From Bacillota bacterium (lineage in GTDB: Bacteria; Bacillota; Clostridia; Christensenellales; CAG-138), in contig JAEYHP010000055.1 in NCBI GenBank assembly GCA_023409435.1, positions 15,773-79,772 on the forward strand: DNA of 64,000 nucleotides. Reading direction: 5' to 3'. Made by a program: the position numbers and the translations under genes. Numbering within the stretch: position 1 is the first letter of the stretch; each line of letters starts with the position of its first letter. Shown here piece by piece: positions 39,780-47,977 of this stretch. The notes beneath the pieces were generated by a model. That model was not told the DNA's origin and did not search any database. It saw nothing but the letters and a program-made list of their open reading frames with translations.

Positions 39780-42700
39780 ATGCACTCAATCGGGGAAACC
39801 ACGCATACTCTGAAATCGGGGACGCATACGCTGGAAGCCATCTACAACACGATCGTTTCTCACGGGGACGCGCCAAGCGCGCAGTACGACAAGAACGGCG
39901 AAATCCGCTACATCACATTCAGCGAGTACGACCGGCGCGTGCGCCACGCGGCTGCGGGGCTTCAAAAGATATTGGGCGTGCCGGAAAAGCCGCTCTATAT
40001 CGGCATCCGCATGGACAATTCGCCGGACTACGCTACGGTGTTCTGGGGCGCCATCATGGCGGGCTACCAGCCCGTGCTCATCGACTTCCGGTCGGACGCC
40101 AAGCAGACCGAGCATATCGTCAGGCAGACGCAGTCAGTCGCGGTCATCACGCTGGATCAGATCGCCCTGCCCGCAGGCGTGCATTTAATCGACCCAGCGC
40201 CGCTGCTGCAGGATTGCGAAGGCGAGGTCCGAGGCGGGTTCGCAAACCGCGTCGCCATGTGCACCTCCGGCACCACGGCTTCTTCCAAGGTATATGTATA
40301 CGACGGCCAGGCCCTTACCATACAGTTGCTGGACTTTCTGGCGCTTGCCCGGCTGTCCCCGGAGTTTTTGAACGACAAGCCGCACAGGGTGCTTGCGTTC
40401 CTGCCCTTCCACCACATTTTCGGCTTTATGACGATGATGATGGCGTATACGGTGTTCGGTAAGACAATCGTGTTCCCAAAGGACCGCACCAGCAAATCCG
40501 TGCAGGAGGCGTGCAGGCTCCACCATATCACGCACCTGTTCAACGTACCGCTTTTCTGGAACTCCGTGGCGCAGAAGCTTGCGCGCGCGGCTCGGCAAAA
40601 GGGCGAGGAGAAAGAACGCAAGCTCAATAAGCTGGTGGAAAGCTCCGTCAAGAACCAGCGCGTGTTCGGCAAGGCCGCGCGGGTGTATTATTCAAACCTC
40701 ACCTATGGCATTCGCAAAAACCTGTTGGGTACGCACCTGAACTGCGGCATCAGCGGCGGCGGGCGCATATTGCCCGATACGCTCAAGCTGCTAAACGGCA
40801 TCGGCTGCCCGCTCGTGAACGGCTTTGGCATGACGGAAGTTGGTATCTCCTCCGTGCAGGTGTTCAACAGCGTAGACGATCAGCTCAATGGCTGCGTGGG
40901 CAGGCCCATGCAGAGCGTCAAAATCAAAATCAAGCCGCGCGAAGGGGACAAAGCCTCCGTCGGCGAGCTCTTTATCAAATCCGCCGCCATGCACATCGGC
41001 CGTATGGTGGAAGGCGAGCTCGTCAAAGCGGAACTCGATGAGGAAGGCTATTTTGCCACGGGCGATATCGCCCGCTTTGAAGGCGGCAAGCTCTGGATAG
41101 AAGGGCGCGTAAAGGACGTCATCATCAACGAAAGCGGCGAAAACGTCTACCCGGACGAGCTGGAGGACGCGTTCGCGGGGATAGACGAAATTCAGCAGGT
41201 CTGCGCGTTCGGTGCGGATTTCGGCGGCCCGTATGAGGACATCACGCTGGTGGTGTACGCGGAAAACATCCAGAAGGACCGCGCGCGCATGGACGCGCTC
41301 ATCAACGCCCTTTCCGTACGCAACGCCCAGTTGCCCATTTATAAACGGGTGCGCCGCTGCTTCTTCTCACTGGCCGCGCTGCCGCTTACTGCCTCCCTCA
41401 AGGTCAAGCGCGTGCGCGTGAAGGAGGACCTCGCGGCAGGCCGGTTTGACGCCGTTGAGGTGGATCTTGCCAAACGCCGCGTATGCGGCAGCATATCCGT
41501 CGCGGGTGCAGGCGCTGAGGTGGAAAAGAGCGAGGCGTATCTCGCCATACTGAACAAGATCAAGGAGTTCTTTGCCGAAGAGCTCTGCCTGAACGTGGAG
41601 GATATCACCGACCGCGCGCACTTTGTATACGACCTGGGCGGGGACAGCCTTGCGTCTTTGGGCGTGTTCACAAAGATCGAGGAATACTTCAAAATACTCA
41701 TCACGGATGACGAATACATCGGCTGCACGTGTGCGGAGGACGCGGCGCTGCTGCTGCTTGCAAAACAGCAGGGCGGCAAGCTGGGCGGCAAAAAGCGGAT
41801 ATCCGCATTTGAGGAAACGCCGGAATGGCAGGCGCTTGAAGCCCGTCTCAAAGAAACGGAGACGATGGGCAACCCCTACTTCATCGCCCACGATTCGCCG
41901 CTGAAGGATACCTCGCTCATACATGGCAAAGAGGTCATCAACTACGGCTCCTACAACTACGTGTGCCTGTCCGGCCACCCGCGTACGGTGAAGGCCGCGC
42001 AGGACGCGGCGACGAAGTACGGCACCTCCGCCAGCGGCAGCCGCTTGCTTGCGGGCGAAAAGACGCTGCACCAGGAGCTTGAAAAAGCGATTGCGGAATG
42101 GAAGCACACCGAAGCCGCGCTTGTGCTGGTGGGCGGCCACAGCACCAACGTGACGTTCGTGGGCAATTTCTGCAACGAGCGGGACCTCATACTCTACGAC
42201 GCGCTTTCCCACAACTCCATCGTACAGGGCTGCCAGCTTTCCACCGCGCACACCAAGGGCTTCCCGCATAACGATTATGTGGCGCTGGAAAACATCCTGC
42301 GCGCCAACCGGGATTCGTATGAAAAGGTGCTCATCGTTGTTGAGGGCGCGTACTCCATGGACGGCGATATCGCGCCCGTGCCGGAATTCGTGCGCATCAA
42401 AAAGGAGTACGGCTGCTTCCTGATGGTGGACGAAGCACATTCCTCCTGCGTCATCGGCGCGCACGGCGGCGGCGTGGACGAACACTTTGGCCTTGCCCCC
42501 GATGATATCGATATCAAGATGGGCACGCTTTCTAAAGGCCTGGGCACCTGCGGCGGGTACCTCGCGGGCAAGCGGGAACTGATCGAATACCAGCGCTACA
42601 ACGTGCCGGGCTTTGTGTTCTCCGTGGGCCTCTCTCCCATGCTGACAGCCGCTACGCTCGAAGGCGTCCGCATCCTGCAGGAGGACAATTCCCTGGTGCA

Positions 42701-43028
42701 GAGCTTGCAGCAGAACATCAGGGATTTCATGGAGGCCGCCCACTCCTATGGGTTCGATACCTGCCTCGCGGGCGAAACCGCCATCGCGCCCATCCTGATC
42801 GGCGCGGATATGGACGCGTTCGCGCTTTCCGCGGAGCTGTTGAAGGAAGGCATATTCGTGCCCCCCGCCGTCTACCCCGCCGTGCCCAAAGGCCAGGCGC
42901 GCCTGCGGTTCTGCCTCACCAGCGCCCATAAGCGCGGGCAGGCGGAGTTTGCTATGCAGATGCTCGACCGGCTGATCAAGGAGCACGGCTACCGCGTGCC
43001 GCGGAAGGAATATCAGACGAAGGGCTAA
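39780..43028 (+). CDS. tri-domain enzyme: AMP-forming acyl adenylation/ligase domain + acyl carrier protein + PLP-dependent alpha-oxoamine synthase (SPT/KBL/BioF class)
   Basis: ATG 39780 with RBS gggagg gives 1082 aa. Adenylation motifs are TSGTTASSK (about 40262-40289), GFGMTE and ATGDIARFEGGKLWIEGRVKD. The ACP phosphopantetheine site is DLGGDSLASLG (Ser codon 41646-41648). AOS motifs are NYGSYNYVCLSGHP, DEAHS and the PLP-Lys GTLSKGLGTCGGY (Lys codon 42534-42536). Confidence 0.85.
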   Translation: MHSIGETTHTLKSGTHTLEAIYNTIVSHGDAPSAQYDKNGEIRYITFSEYDRRVRHAAAGLQKILGVPEKPLYIGIRMDNSPDYATVFWGAIMAGYQPVLIDFRSDAKQTEHIVRQTQSVAVITLDQIALPAGVHLIDPAPLLQDCEGEVRGGFANRVAMCTSGTTASSKVYVYDGQALTIQLLDFLALARLSPEFLNDKPHRVLAFLPFHHIFGFMTMMMAYTVFGKTIVFPKDRTSKSVQEACRLHHITHLFNVPLFWNSVAQKLARAARQKGEEKERKLNKLVESSVKNQRVFGKAARVYYSNLTYGIRKNLLGTHLNCGISGGGRILPDTLKLLNGIGCPLVNGFGMTEVGISSVQVFNSVDDQLNGCVGRPMQSVKIKIKPREGDKASVGELFIKSAAMHIGRMVEGELVKAELDEEGYFATGDIARFEGGKLWIEGRVKDVIINESGENVYPDELEDAFAGIDEIQQVCAFGADFGGPYEDITLVVYAENIQKDRARMDALINALSVRNAQLPIYKRVRRCFFSLAALPLTASLKVKRVRVKEDLAAGRFDAVEVDLAKRRVCGSISVAGAGAEVEKSEAYLAILNKIKEFFAEELCLNVEDITDRAHFVYDLGGDSLASLGVFTKIEEYFKILITDDEYIGCTCAEDAALLLLAKQQGGKLGGKKRISAFEETPEWQALEARLKETETMGNPYFIAHDSPLKDTSLIHGKEVINYGSYNYVCLSGHPRTVKAAQDAATKYGTSASGSRLLAGEKTLHQELEKAIAEWKHTEAALVLVGGHSTNVTFVGNFCNERDLILYDALSHNSIVQGCQLSTAHTKGFPHNDYVALENILRANRDSYEKVLIVVEGAYSMDGDIAPVPEFVRIKKEYGCFLMVDEAHSSCVIGAHGGGVDEHFGLAPDDIDIKMGTLSKGLGTCGGYLAGKRELIEYQRYNVPGFVFSVGLSPMLTAATLEGVRILQEDNSLVQSLQQNIRDFMEAAHSYGFDTCLAGETAIAPILIGADMDAFALSAELLKEGIFVPPAVYPAVPKGQARLRFCLTSAHKRGQAEFAMQMLDRLIKEHGYRVPRKEYQTKG

Positions 43029-43036
43029 AGTGGAGT

Positions 43037-43292
43037 ACGTTGGGGGCTCTAACCACAGTTCGCAATGGGCGCACAGAATCATTCTGCGCTTCCTTGCTCA
43101 CTGGGACTGCGCCTCGCTCCTCCCGCCACAGGCGGCGCTTGGCTACGTCCCCCCATACCCTCGCTTAGGGCCGTAGGCAAGGTACCCGGGGTTCTAAACC
43201 GATTCACAGGATCGGTTTTCACCCTTCGGGCACCGAACCCGCTTTCCTCAGGAAAGCCCCTAAGAACCCAATTTGGGGGATAAACCCCCTGC
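43037..43292 (-). repeat. hairpin mosaic element, long-form B + A modules inverted, plus further hairpins
   Basis: The reverse complement of 43037-43187 aligns block-wise with 34175-34336. Additional hairpins are aaccgattcacaggatcggtt, gctttcctcaggaaagc and gggggataaaccccc. Confidence 0.7.
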
Positions 43293-43313
43293 AAAAAACC
43301 ATACCAATACTCT

Positions 43314-43346
43314 GGAGAAATCCCAACTGGGATTTCTCTTTTTTTC
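43314..43346 (+). terminator. rho-independent terminator after the tri-domain gene
   Basis: ggagaaatcccaactgggatttctc followed by ttttttt. Confidence 0.75.
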
Positions 43347-43416
43347 TGCACATTTGCTCTTGACGTTACATAATGTGTAATGTTATGATTCGTGTAACAA
43401 AGTGAGGAGATGCGAT

Positions 43417-43977
43417 ATGGACACCATCGTACTGTCAGGCAAAAAGGAACTGGATATCTACATCAACCCGCAGCGGCAAAAACTGCTGCGCTGCATGCAC
43501 ATTAAGGGCGTGCCTATGAATCCAAAGCAGCTTGCGGACGAAATCGGCATTTCGGCTTCTTCGGTGCAGCACCATATCAAAAAGCTGGTGGAGCTTGGAA
43601 TCGTGGAGCTGGACCATACCGCGCGCATCCGGGGCATTACGGCGAGCTACTATAAGGTGCTGCCCAAGACCATCAGCATCGGCGGCAAGAATGCGGATAA
43701 AAATGACGAGCAGCGCCTCGCGATCATGCAGAACTCCATAAACGCCATATTTTCCGGCTTCACGGAGTATTGCAAAAGCAACAGGGCGAGAATGGAGCAG
43801 GATGCGCAGCATGGCGACATGCTCACGGGCATTATCCGCCTTAAACAGGAGGAAGCAAAGGAGCTCTATGGCATTATACGGGCGTTTTTAGACAGCCATG
43901 AGCAAACAGAGAATAGAGACGCAGCGCCCTGGGAGTACGCGCTGATCGCCTACCCGGTGGAGGCAAAGGATGCGTAG
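43417..43977 (+). CDS. ArsR-like winged-helix transcriptional regulator
   Basis: ATG 43417 with RBS gaggag. Contains NPQRQKLLRCMHIKGVPMNPKQLADEIGISASSVQHHIKKLVELGIV. Its stop overlaps the start of the MFS gene. Confidence 0.7.
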   Translation: MDTIVLSGKKELDIYINPQRQKLLRCMHIKGVPMNPKQLADEIGISASSVQHHIKKLVELGIVELDHTARIRGITASYYKVLPKTISIGGKNADKNDEQRLAIMQNSINAIFSGFTEYCKSNRARMEQDAQHGDMLTGIIRLKQEEAKELYGIIRAFLDSHEQTENRDAAPWEYALIAYPVEAKDA

Positions 43978-45217
43978 AAGTTTTCAGATCATCGTATTCC
44001 TCAAGAGCTTCGCCACCGGCGTCATGGCCCCGGTGCTGACTTTGGCGCTGCTTGCGCACGGCGCTTCCATCAGCACAGTATCTTTGCTGCTGGGCGCATA
44101 TTCCTTTACGGTGATCGCCGCGGAGTTTCCAAGCGGCGTGTTTGCGGACCTGTGCGGGAGAAAGAAGGCGTTTCTGCTTTCTGCCTTACTCGCCCTGCTT
44201 TGCTATTGCCTGCTGCTGGTTTCAAAGACGGTTCCCTTCCTGTTCGTCGCCATGGTCATACACGGGCTTTCCCGCGCGTTTTCTTCGGGCAGCATCGACG
44301 CGCTGGCAATCGACGATGCGGTTTCAAACGGCAGCGCGCTTGCCAAAGTAACGGCGCGGCTCGCCATACTGGAAAGTGCGGGCCTTGCGGCGGGCGCTTT
44401 ATCGGGCGGCTTTTTATCCGGCTTGGGCGTGCTGTATGAAGGCAACCTCATGGCCAACCTTGCGATCTATGTGCTGCTGTCTCTTTTGACGGTATGCTGC
44501 GTGCGGGAACAGCCGCGCGTTCAGGCGGAACAGGCAGGCGGCTTCCGGCGGTTCCGGCTGCATGTAAAGGAAAGCCTTTCCTTTGCGGCGCAAAGGGGCA
44601 TGGTAAGGATGCTGTTTGTGTTTTCGTTTATTACGGGCTTTGCGCTGATCTCTATCGAGACCTATTGGCAGCCCGCGCTCAACGCGCTTTCCCCTGCCCC
44701 CTGGCTCTTGGGCGTGGTAAGCTTTGCGGGGTTTTTCTGCGTAATATTTGGCAGTAAAGCGATCGAACGCCTGCTTATAAAGCGCCCTGGCGGCGGCCCG
44801 GCGCTGCTGCTTGGGTGTAAGGCGCTGGTTGGAATCTGCTTCATATTGCTCGTCTCCCAATTCCGGGCGCACTTCTTTATCGCTATATATATGCTTGCCT
44901 ACTTGTTCCTGGGCGGCGGCAGCGTGGCGGAAAGCACGCTGCTGAACCGGGCGGCTCCGGCCAGCCAGCGGGCGAGCATACTCTCCCTGTTTTCCTTCGT
45001 GCTGCAAGTCGGCGCGCTTGTTGCGTCCCTGTGCGGCTATGTGGTGAGCGCCCAGACGAATTTCCGCAACATGTGGCTGATTGCGGGCGCGCTGCTCCTG
45101 CTTGGCGCGGCGGCATTCGCCTTGATTTATGCACAGCGCCGGAAGATTGAGAAAAAAGAGCCGGAGTCGCCCGCAAAAAATCAAACGAGAGAAGCGCCCG
45201 AGGCCGTAGAACCTTAA
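43970..45217 (+). CDS. MFS transporter
   Basis: 415 aa, about 12 TM. Contains the MFS loop motif GVFADLCGRKKAF. Translationally coupled to the regulator. Confidence 0.8.
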   Translation: MRRSFQIIVFLKSFATGVMAPVLTLALLAHGASISTVSLLLGAYSFTVIAAEFPSGVFADLCGRKKAFLLSALLALLCYCLLLVSKTVPFLFVAMVIHGLSRAFSSGSIDALAIDDAVSNGSALAKVTARLAILESAGLAAGALSGGFLSGLGVLYEGNLMANLAIYVLLSLLTVCCVREQPRVQAEQAGGFRRFRLHVKESLSFAAQRGMVRMLFVFSFITGFALISIETYWQPALNALSPAPWLLGVVSFAGFFCVIFGSKAIERLLIKRPGGGPALLLGCKALVGICFILLVSQFRAHFFIAIYMLAYLFLGGGSVAESTLLNRAAPASQRASILSLFSFVLQVGALVASLCGYVVSAQTNFRNMWLIAGALLLLGAAAFALIYAQRRKIEKKEPESPAKNQTREAPEAVEP

Positions 45218-45349
45218 CAACGCTTCTCACAGCACAATAAGACTTTCCTGTGGTATAGTGGTAGCATCGGAGAACCGGAGCGGAGCATGGGGATACCCCC
45301 ATCCCCCGCTCTGTTTTGTTTTACCTACAAATATAAAGGGGGAAGCACG

Positions 45350-46810
45350 ATGGCAAAGAATACAGGGAAAAATGGGTCTACACCACTATCGGCAATCGGT
45401 GTGGCCTTGGCGGCCCAAAATGTCAACTCGTTAATGCCCAGTTCTAACAACCAGGTTGATTTATTGGCATTGCAGAAGTGGTTGATAAAACCAAATGAGA
45501 AGGTAATTGCTGAGGGAGTACCAGAAACAAAAAGAATACTGGAACAAGCCAAAAATATGGGTCGTCCAAATCCCGTTACCATTGAAGAAATGCAAGCAGA
45601 AAAGGCGAGCATGAGGGAGTTCCAAAAACAACGGGAGGCGGCTCAAAGGCAGCAAGAGTTATTGAAAAAGACGGCGGGTTCGCAGAAGGGAAATCCAGTT
45701 AGCATGTTCTTGCCTACATATGGCAGCGAGGCAGATCTGACGGAATTGGAAGGTGCATTGATAAAGGCTACTCCGATAGCAATGGAAAATCGTACTGAGG
45801 ACGCACGGGGAATCCTAAGTCAAAGGCACGGGAGACCTGCTACCATTGAAGAGCTTCAAGCGGAAAAGGCGAGCATGAGAGAATTCCAAAGGCAACAGGA
45901 GGAAAATAAAAGGCGGCAGGAGTTGATGGATAAGGCGAATAATTCGTATACGGGGTCAGGAACTAGCTCGACGCTGCCTAGGACAAATGGCAAGACCAAT
46001 GTGCCGGATATAGAAGGGGCGTTAATAAAGCCCAATCCTATAGCAATGGAAAATCGTACCGAGGACGCGCGGGGAATCCTGAGTCAAAGGCACGGGAGAC
46101 CTGCTACCATTGAAGAGCTTCAAGCGGAAAAGGCGAGCATGAGAGAATTTCAAGGGCAACGGGAGGAAAATCAAAGATGGCAGGAGTTATTGGATAAAAG
46201 TTTAGAATCCTATACGGGACCGGGAACCATGCCCCGCTACGCTGGTAATGAAAGTCAGATGCAGGGACCGTTTATTATAAACGATGAGACGATTGCAAAC
46301 GGAACGCAGAATGCAAAAGAAATTCTTGAGCAAACAAAAGATAGACCGATAACCAATATCGAGTCTTTAGATTTATCCTTCCTACCATCATTTAAAGACT
46401 TCGTTGTAGAGCCGTTGGATTTGTCATTAGAAGTTATGGAAAATTTTAGTAAATCTGGTGCTATTAGAAAAGCAGCAAAGGTGGGAGGAAAAGCGCTTAC
46501 TATTGTAAGTGATGTCTATGATATTACAGCAGCAGTATCTGCTGATCTTACAGACTCTGATAAAAAAATAGGAAAGAAAACCGCTGCTGCTGTTGGCGGA
46601 GCAGCATCAAGCGCAGTATTTGGCGCGTTGGGAGCTGCCGCGTTTTCAATATTAGCAGCGGGAGCGGCAGGGGCACTTATGGGATCAGTAATTCCAGGTC
46701 CCGGAACGATAGTCGGGTTTATTGGTGGACTTGTAGGGGGAATGATAGGGGCTGCTGCGGGAGAAGAATTCAGCGATTGGGTAATTAATCAAATCGATTG
46801 GGACGAATGA
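45350..46810 (+). CDS. repeat-containing protein with C-terminal glycine-zipper membrane module (toxin/bacteriocin-like, family not recognised)
   Basis: ATG 45350 with RBS aggggga gives 486 aa. Three or more 88-aa repeats. The C-terminus reads KKTAAAVGGAASSAVFGALGAAAFSILAAGAAGALMGSVIPGPGTIVGFIGGLVGGMIGAAAGEEFSDWVINQIDWDE. AT-richer than flanking genes. Confidence 0.7.
   Translation: MAKNTGKNGSTPLSAIGVALAAQNVNSLMPSSNNQVDLLALQKWLIKPNEKVIAEGVPETKRILEQAKNMGRPNPVTIEEMQAEKASMREFQKQREAAQRQQELLKKTAGSQKGNPVSMFLPTYGSEADLTELEGALIKATPIAMENRTEDARGILSQRHGRPATIEELQAEKASMREFQRQQEENKRRQELMDKANNSYTGSGTSSTLPRTNGKTNVPDIEGALIKPNPIAMENRTEDARGILSQRHGRPATIEELQAEKASMREFQGQREENQRWQELLDKSLESYTGPGTMPRYAGNESQMQGPFIINDETIANGTQNAKEILEQTKDRPITNIESLDLSFLPSFKDFVVEPLDLSLEVMENFSKSGAIRKAAKVGGKALTIVSDVYDITAAVSADLTDSDKKIGKKTAAAVGGAASSAVFGALGAAAFSILAAGAAGALMGSVIPGPGTIVGFIGGLVGGMIGAAAGEEFSDWVINQIDWDE
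45749..46276 (+). repeat. tandem 264-bp (88-codon) in-frame repeat, two near-identical copies
   Basis: Unit starts at 45749 and 46013 (gaaggKgcRtt...). There are long identical runs, e.g. aaggcacgggagacctgctaccattgaagagcttcaagcggaaaaggcgagcatgagagaatt in both copies. A diverged copy lies upstream (about 45479-45720) and a degenerate one downstream. Confidence 0.85.
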
Positions 46811-46843
46811 GGAAAACAACAAACAACAGGAGGTAATTAATTT

Positions 46844-47095
46844 ATGACCTATTATCCGATCGGCACCGTTGTGCTTTTGGTGGGCGGGAATCGCCCTCTT
46901 ATGATTTTTGGGCGCAGGCAGATACAGTCCACGACCAATAAGGAATGGGACTATGTAGCCTGCCTGTATCCTGAGGGAAACATGGGCGACCAATACAATA
47001 TCTTTTTCGAGCATGAGGAAATCGCTACCGTGCTCCATCCGGGCTGGGTATCTGAGTATGAATACGAAATGCAGCGGATATTGAACCAGGCATAG
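46844..47095 (+). CDS. DUF4176 domain-containing small protein
   Basis: 83 aa. MTYYPIGTVVLLVGGNRPLMIFGRRQ...WDYVACLYPEGNMGDQYNIFFEHEEI fits the DUF4176 pattern (LPxGSVVxLxxGxxxLMIxGR...DYxxxxYPEG...xFxxxxI). RBS aggagg. Confidence 0.75.
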   Translation: MTYYPIGTVVLLVGGNRPLMIFGRRQIQSTTNKEWDYVACLYPEGNMGDQYNIFFEHEEIATVLHPGWVSEYEYEMQRILNQA

Positions 47096-47112
47096 ACGAA
47101 TATATGTAAAGC

Positions 47113-47139
47113 AAAAGCGGGGCCATGCGCCCCGCTTTT
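47113..47139 (+). terminator. rho-independent terminator
   Basis: aaaagcggggccatgcgccccgctttt. Confidence 0.8.
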
Positions 47140-47226
47140 GTCATTTCACGCATTATCTAAATTCGCACTTTTCGAACCATTGTTCTTGTGGTACTATATA
47201 GAAAATTGTTTACAAGGTGGATCGCT

Positions 47227-47868
47227 ATGGACATAGTGAAAAGAATATTCCAACGGTTTATCAAGCACGCCCCCAAATCTGAGCCGGAGGCAAGATACCT
47301 GTCGAAGCTGAGAGCGGTTGTATCCGAAGATAGCGTATTCTTTGCCGTACCGGGATATGAGTTGGGCGACTTTTTCAATAAGGAAGTCTTTGATTACCTC
47401 ATGGTAGACATGATGTATGACTTACTGCAAGGGAGCGACGCTGTTTTTTGCGTGCACGCTGCTTTTTACGACAGTTGGCAGAGCGAGTGGGTTGAGGAGG
47501 TGGCAAAAGCGTATTACGCGGATTCTTTTGATCAAGTAGATCGTGCACGAAACAGGTATGTGCTGCTGGGCGAGGCTTCCAAATCCGTTTTGACGACCCT
47601 ATATGAATGCTCGTCAGATTTATTTGATTTAGCGCAACTTTGCAGGATTTATGCTGTAAGCCGGGAAACAGAATTGACAAGGGAGAACCTGCAGGAGGTG
47701 GAAAAGAATTACCGGTTCTATATCTATCCTACTGGAGATAAAGACGGAATTGGCGTAAAAATAGACCCTTCCCAAACCAGCATGCAGGATATATTGGATA
47801 ACGTCCGTAATGCGGCAAAAAAGTACTGCATCTCAATACGCGTGGAAGACAAAGAACAAACAGTCTAA
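47227..47868 (+). CDS. hypothetical soluble protein (213 aa), island cassette 1
   Basis: ATG 47227 with RBS aaggtgg. No TM and no motif I recognise. Own terminator downstream. Confidence 0.6.
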   Translation: MDIVKRIFQRFIKHAPKSEPEARYLSKLRAVVSEDSVFFAVPGYELGDFFNKEVFDYLMVDMMYDLLQGSDAVFCVHAAFYDSWQSEWVEEVAKAYYADSFDQVDRARNRYVLLGEASKSVLTTLYECSSDLFDLAQLCRIYAVSRETELTRENLQEVEKNYRFYIYPTGDKDGIGVKIDPSQTSMQDILDNVRNAAKKYCISIRVEDKEQTV

Positions 47869-47872
47869 AGCT

Positions 47873-47900
47873 GAGCGGGGCAACGCGCCCCGCTTTTTTT
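47873..47900 (+). terminator. rho-independent terminator (near-copy of 47113-47139)
   Basis: gagcggggcaacgcgccccgcttttttt. Confidence 0.8.
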
Positions 47901-47977
47901 GTACAGTGCGAGCTATTGCAATGTTTACGAACAAACGTACTTATGGTACAATGTTCCAAATGATGGAGGAAAGCTAC

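Noticed and set aside
41367-43082. 571-aa ORF antisense to the tri-domain gene. Similar long antisense ORFs are 5169-6347, 11973-13253, 27080-28096, 53045-54343, 59707-60468, 60849-61778 and 52065-52910.
   Set aside because: These are typical shadow ORFs of GC-rich coding DNA. Each lies opposite a gene with clear family motifs and an RBS. Their translations are Arg/Ala/Gly/His-rich low-complexity sequence with no RBS or motif support.
45245-45290. tRNA-like fragment (ctgtggtatagtggtagcatcggag) at the left border of the AT-richer island, as a possible integration-site remnant.
   Set aside because: It resembles only a D-arm. There is no anticodon arm, T-loop (GGTTCGAATCC-type) or acceptor pairing, and no matching direct repeat at the right border (about 49254-49313). 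No integrase is present.
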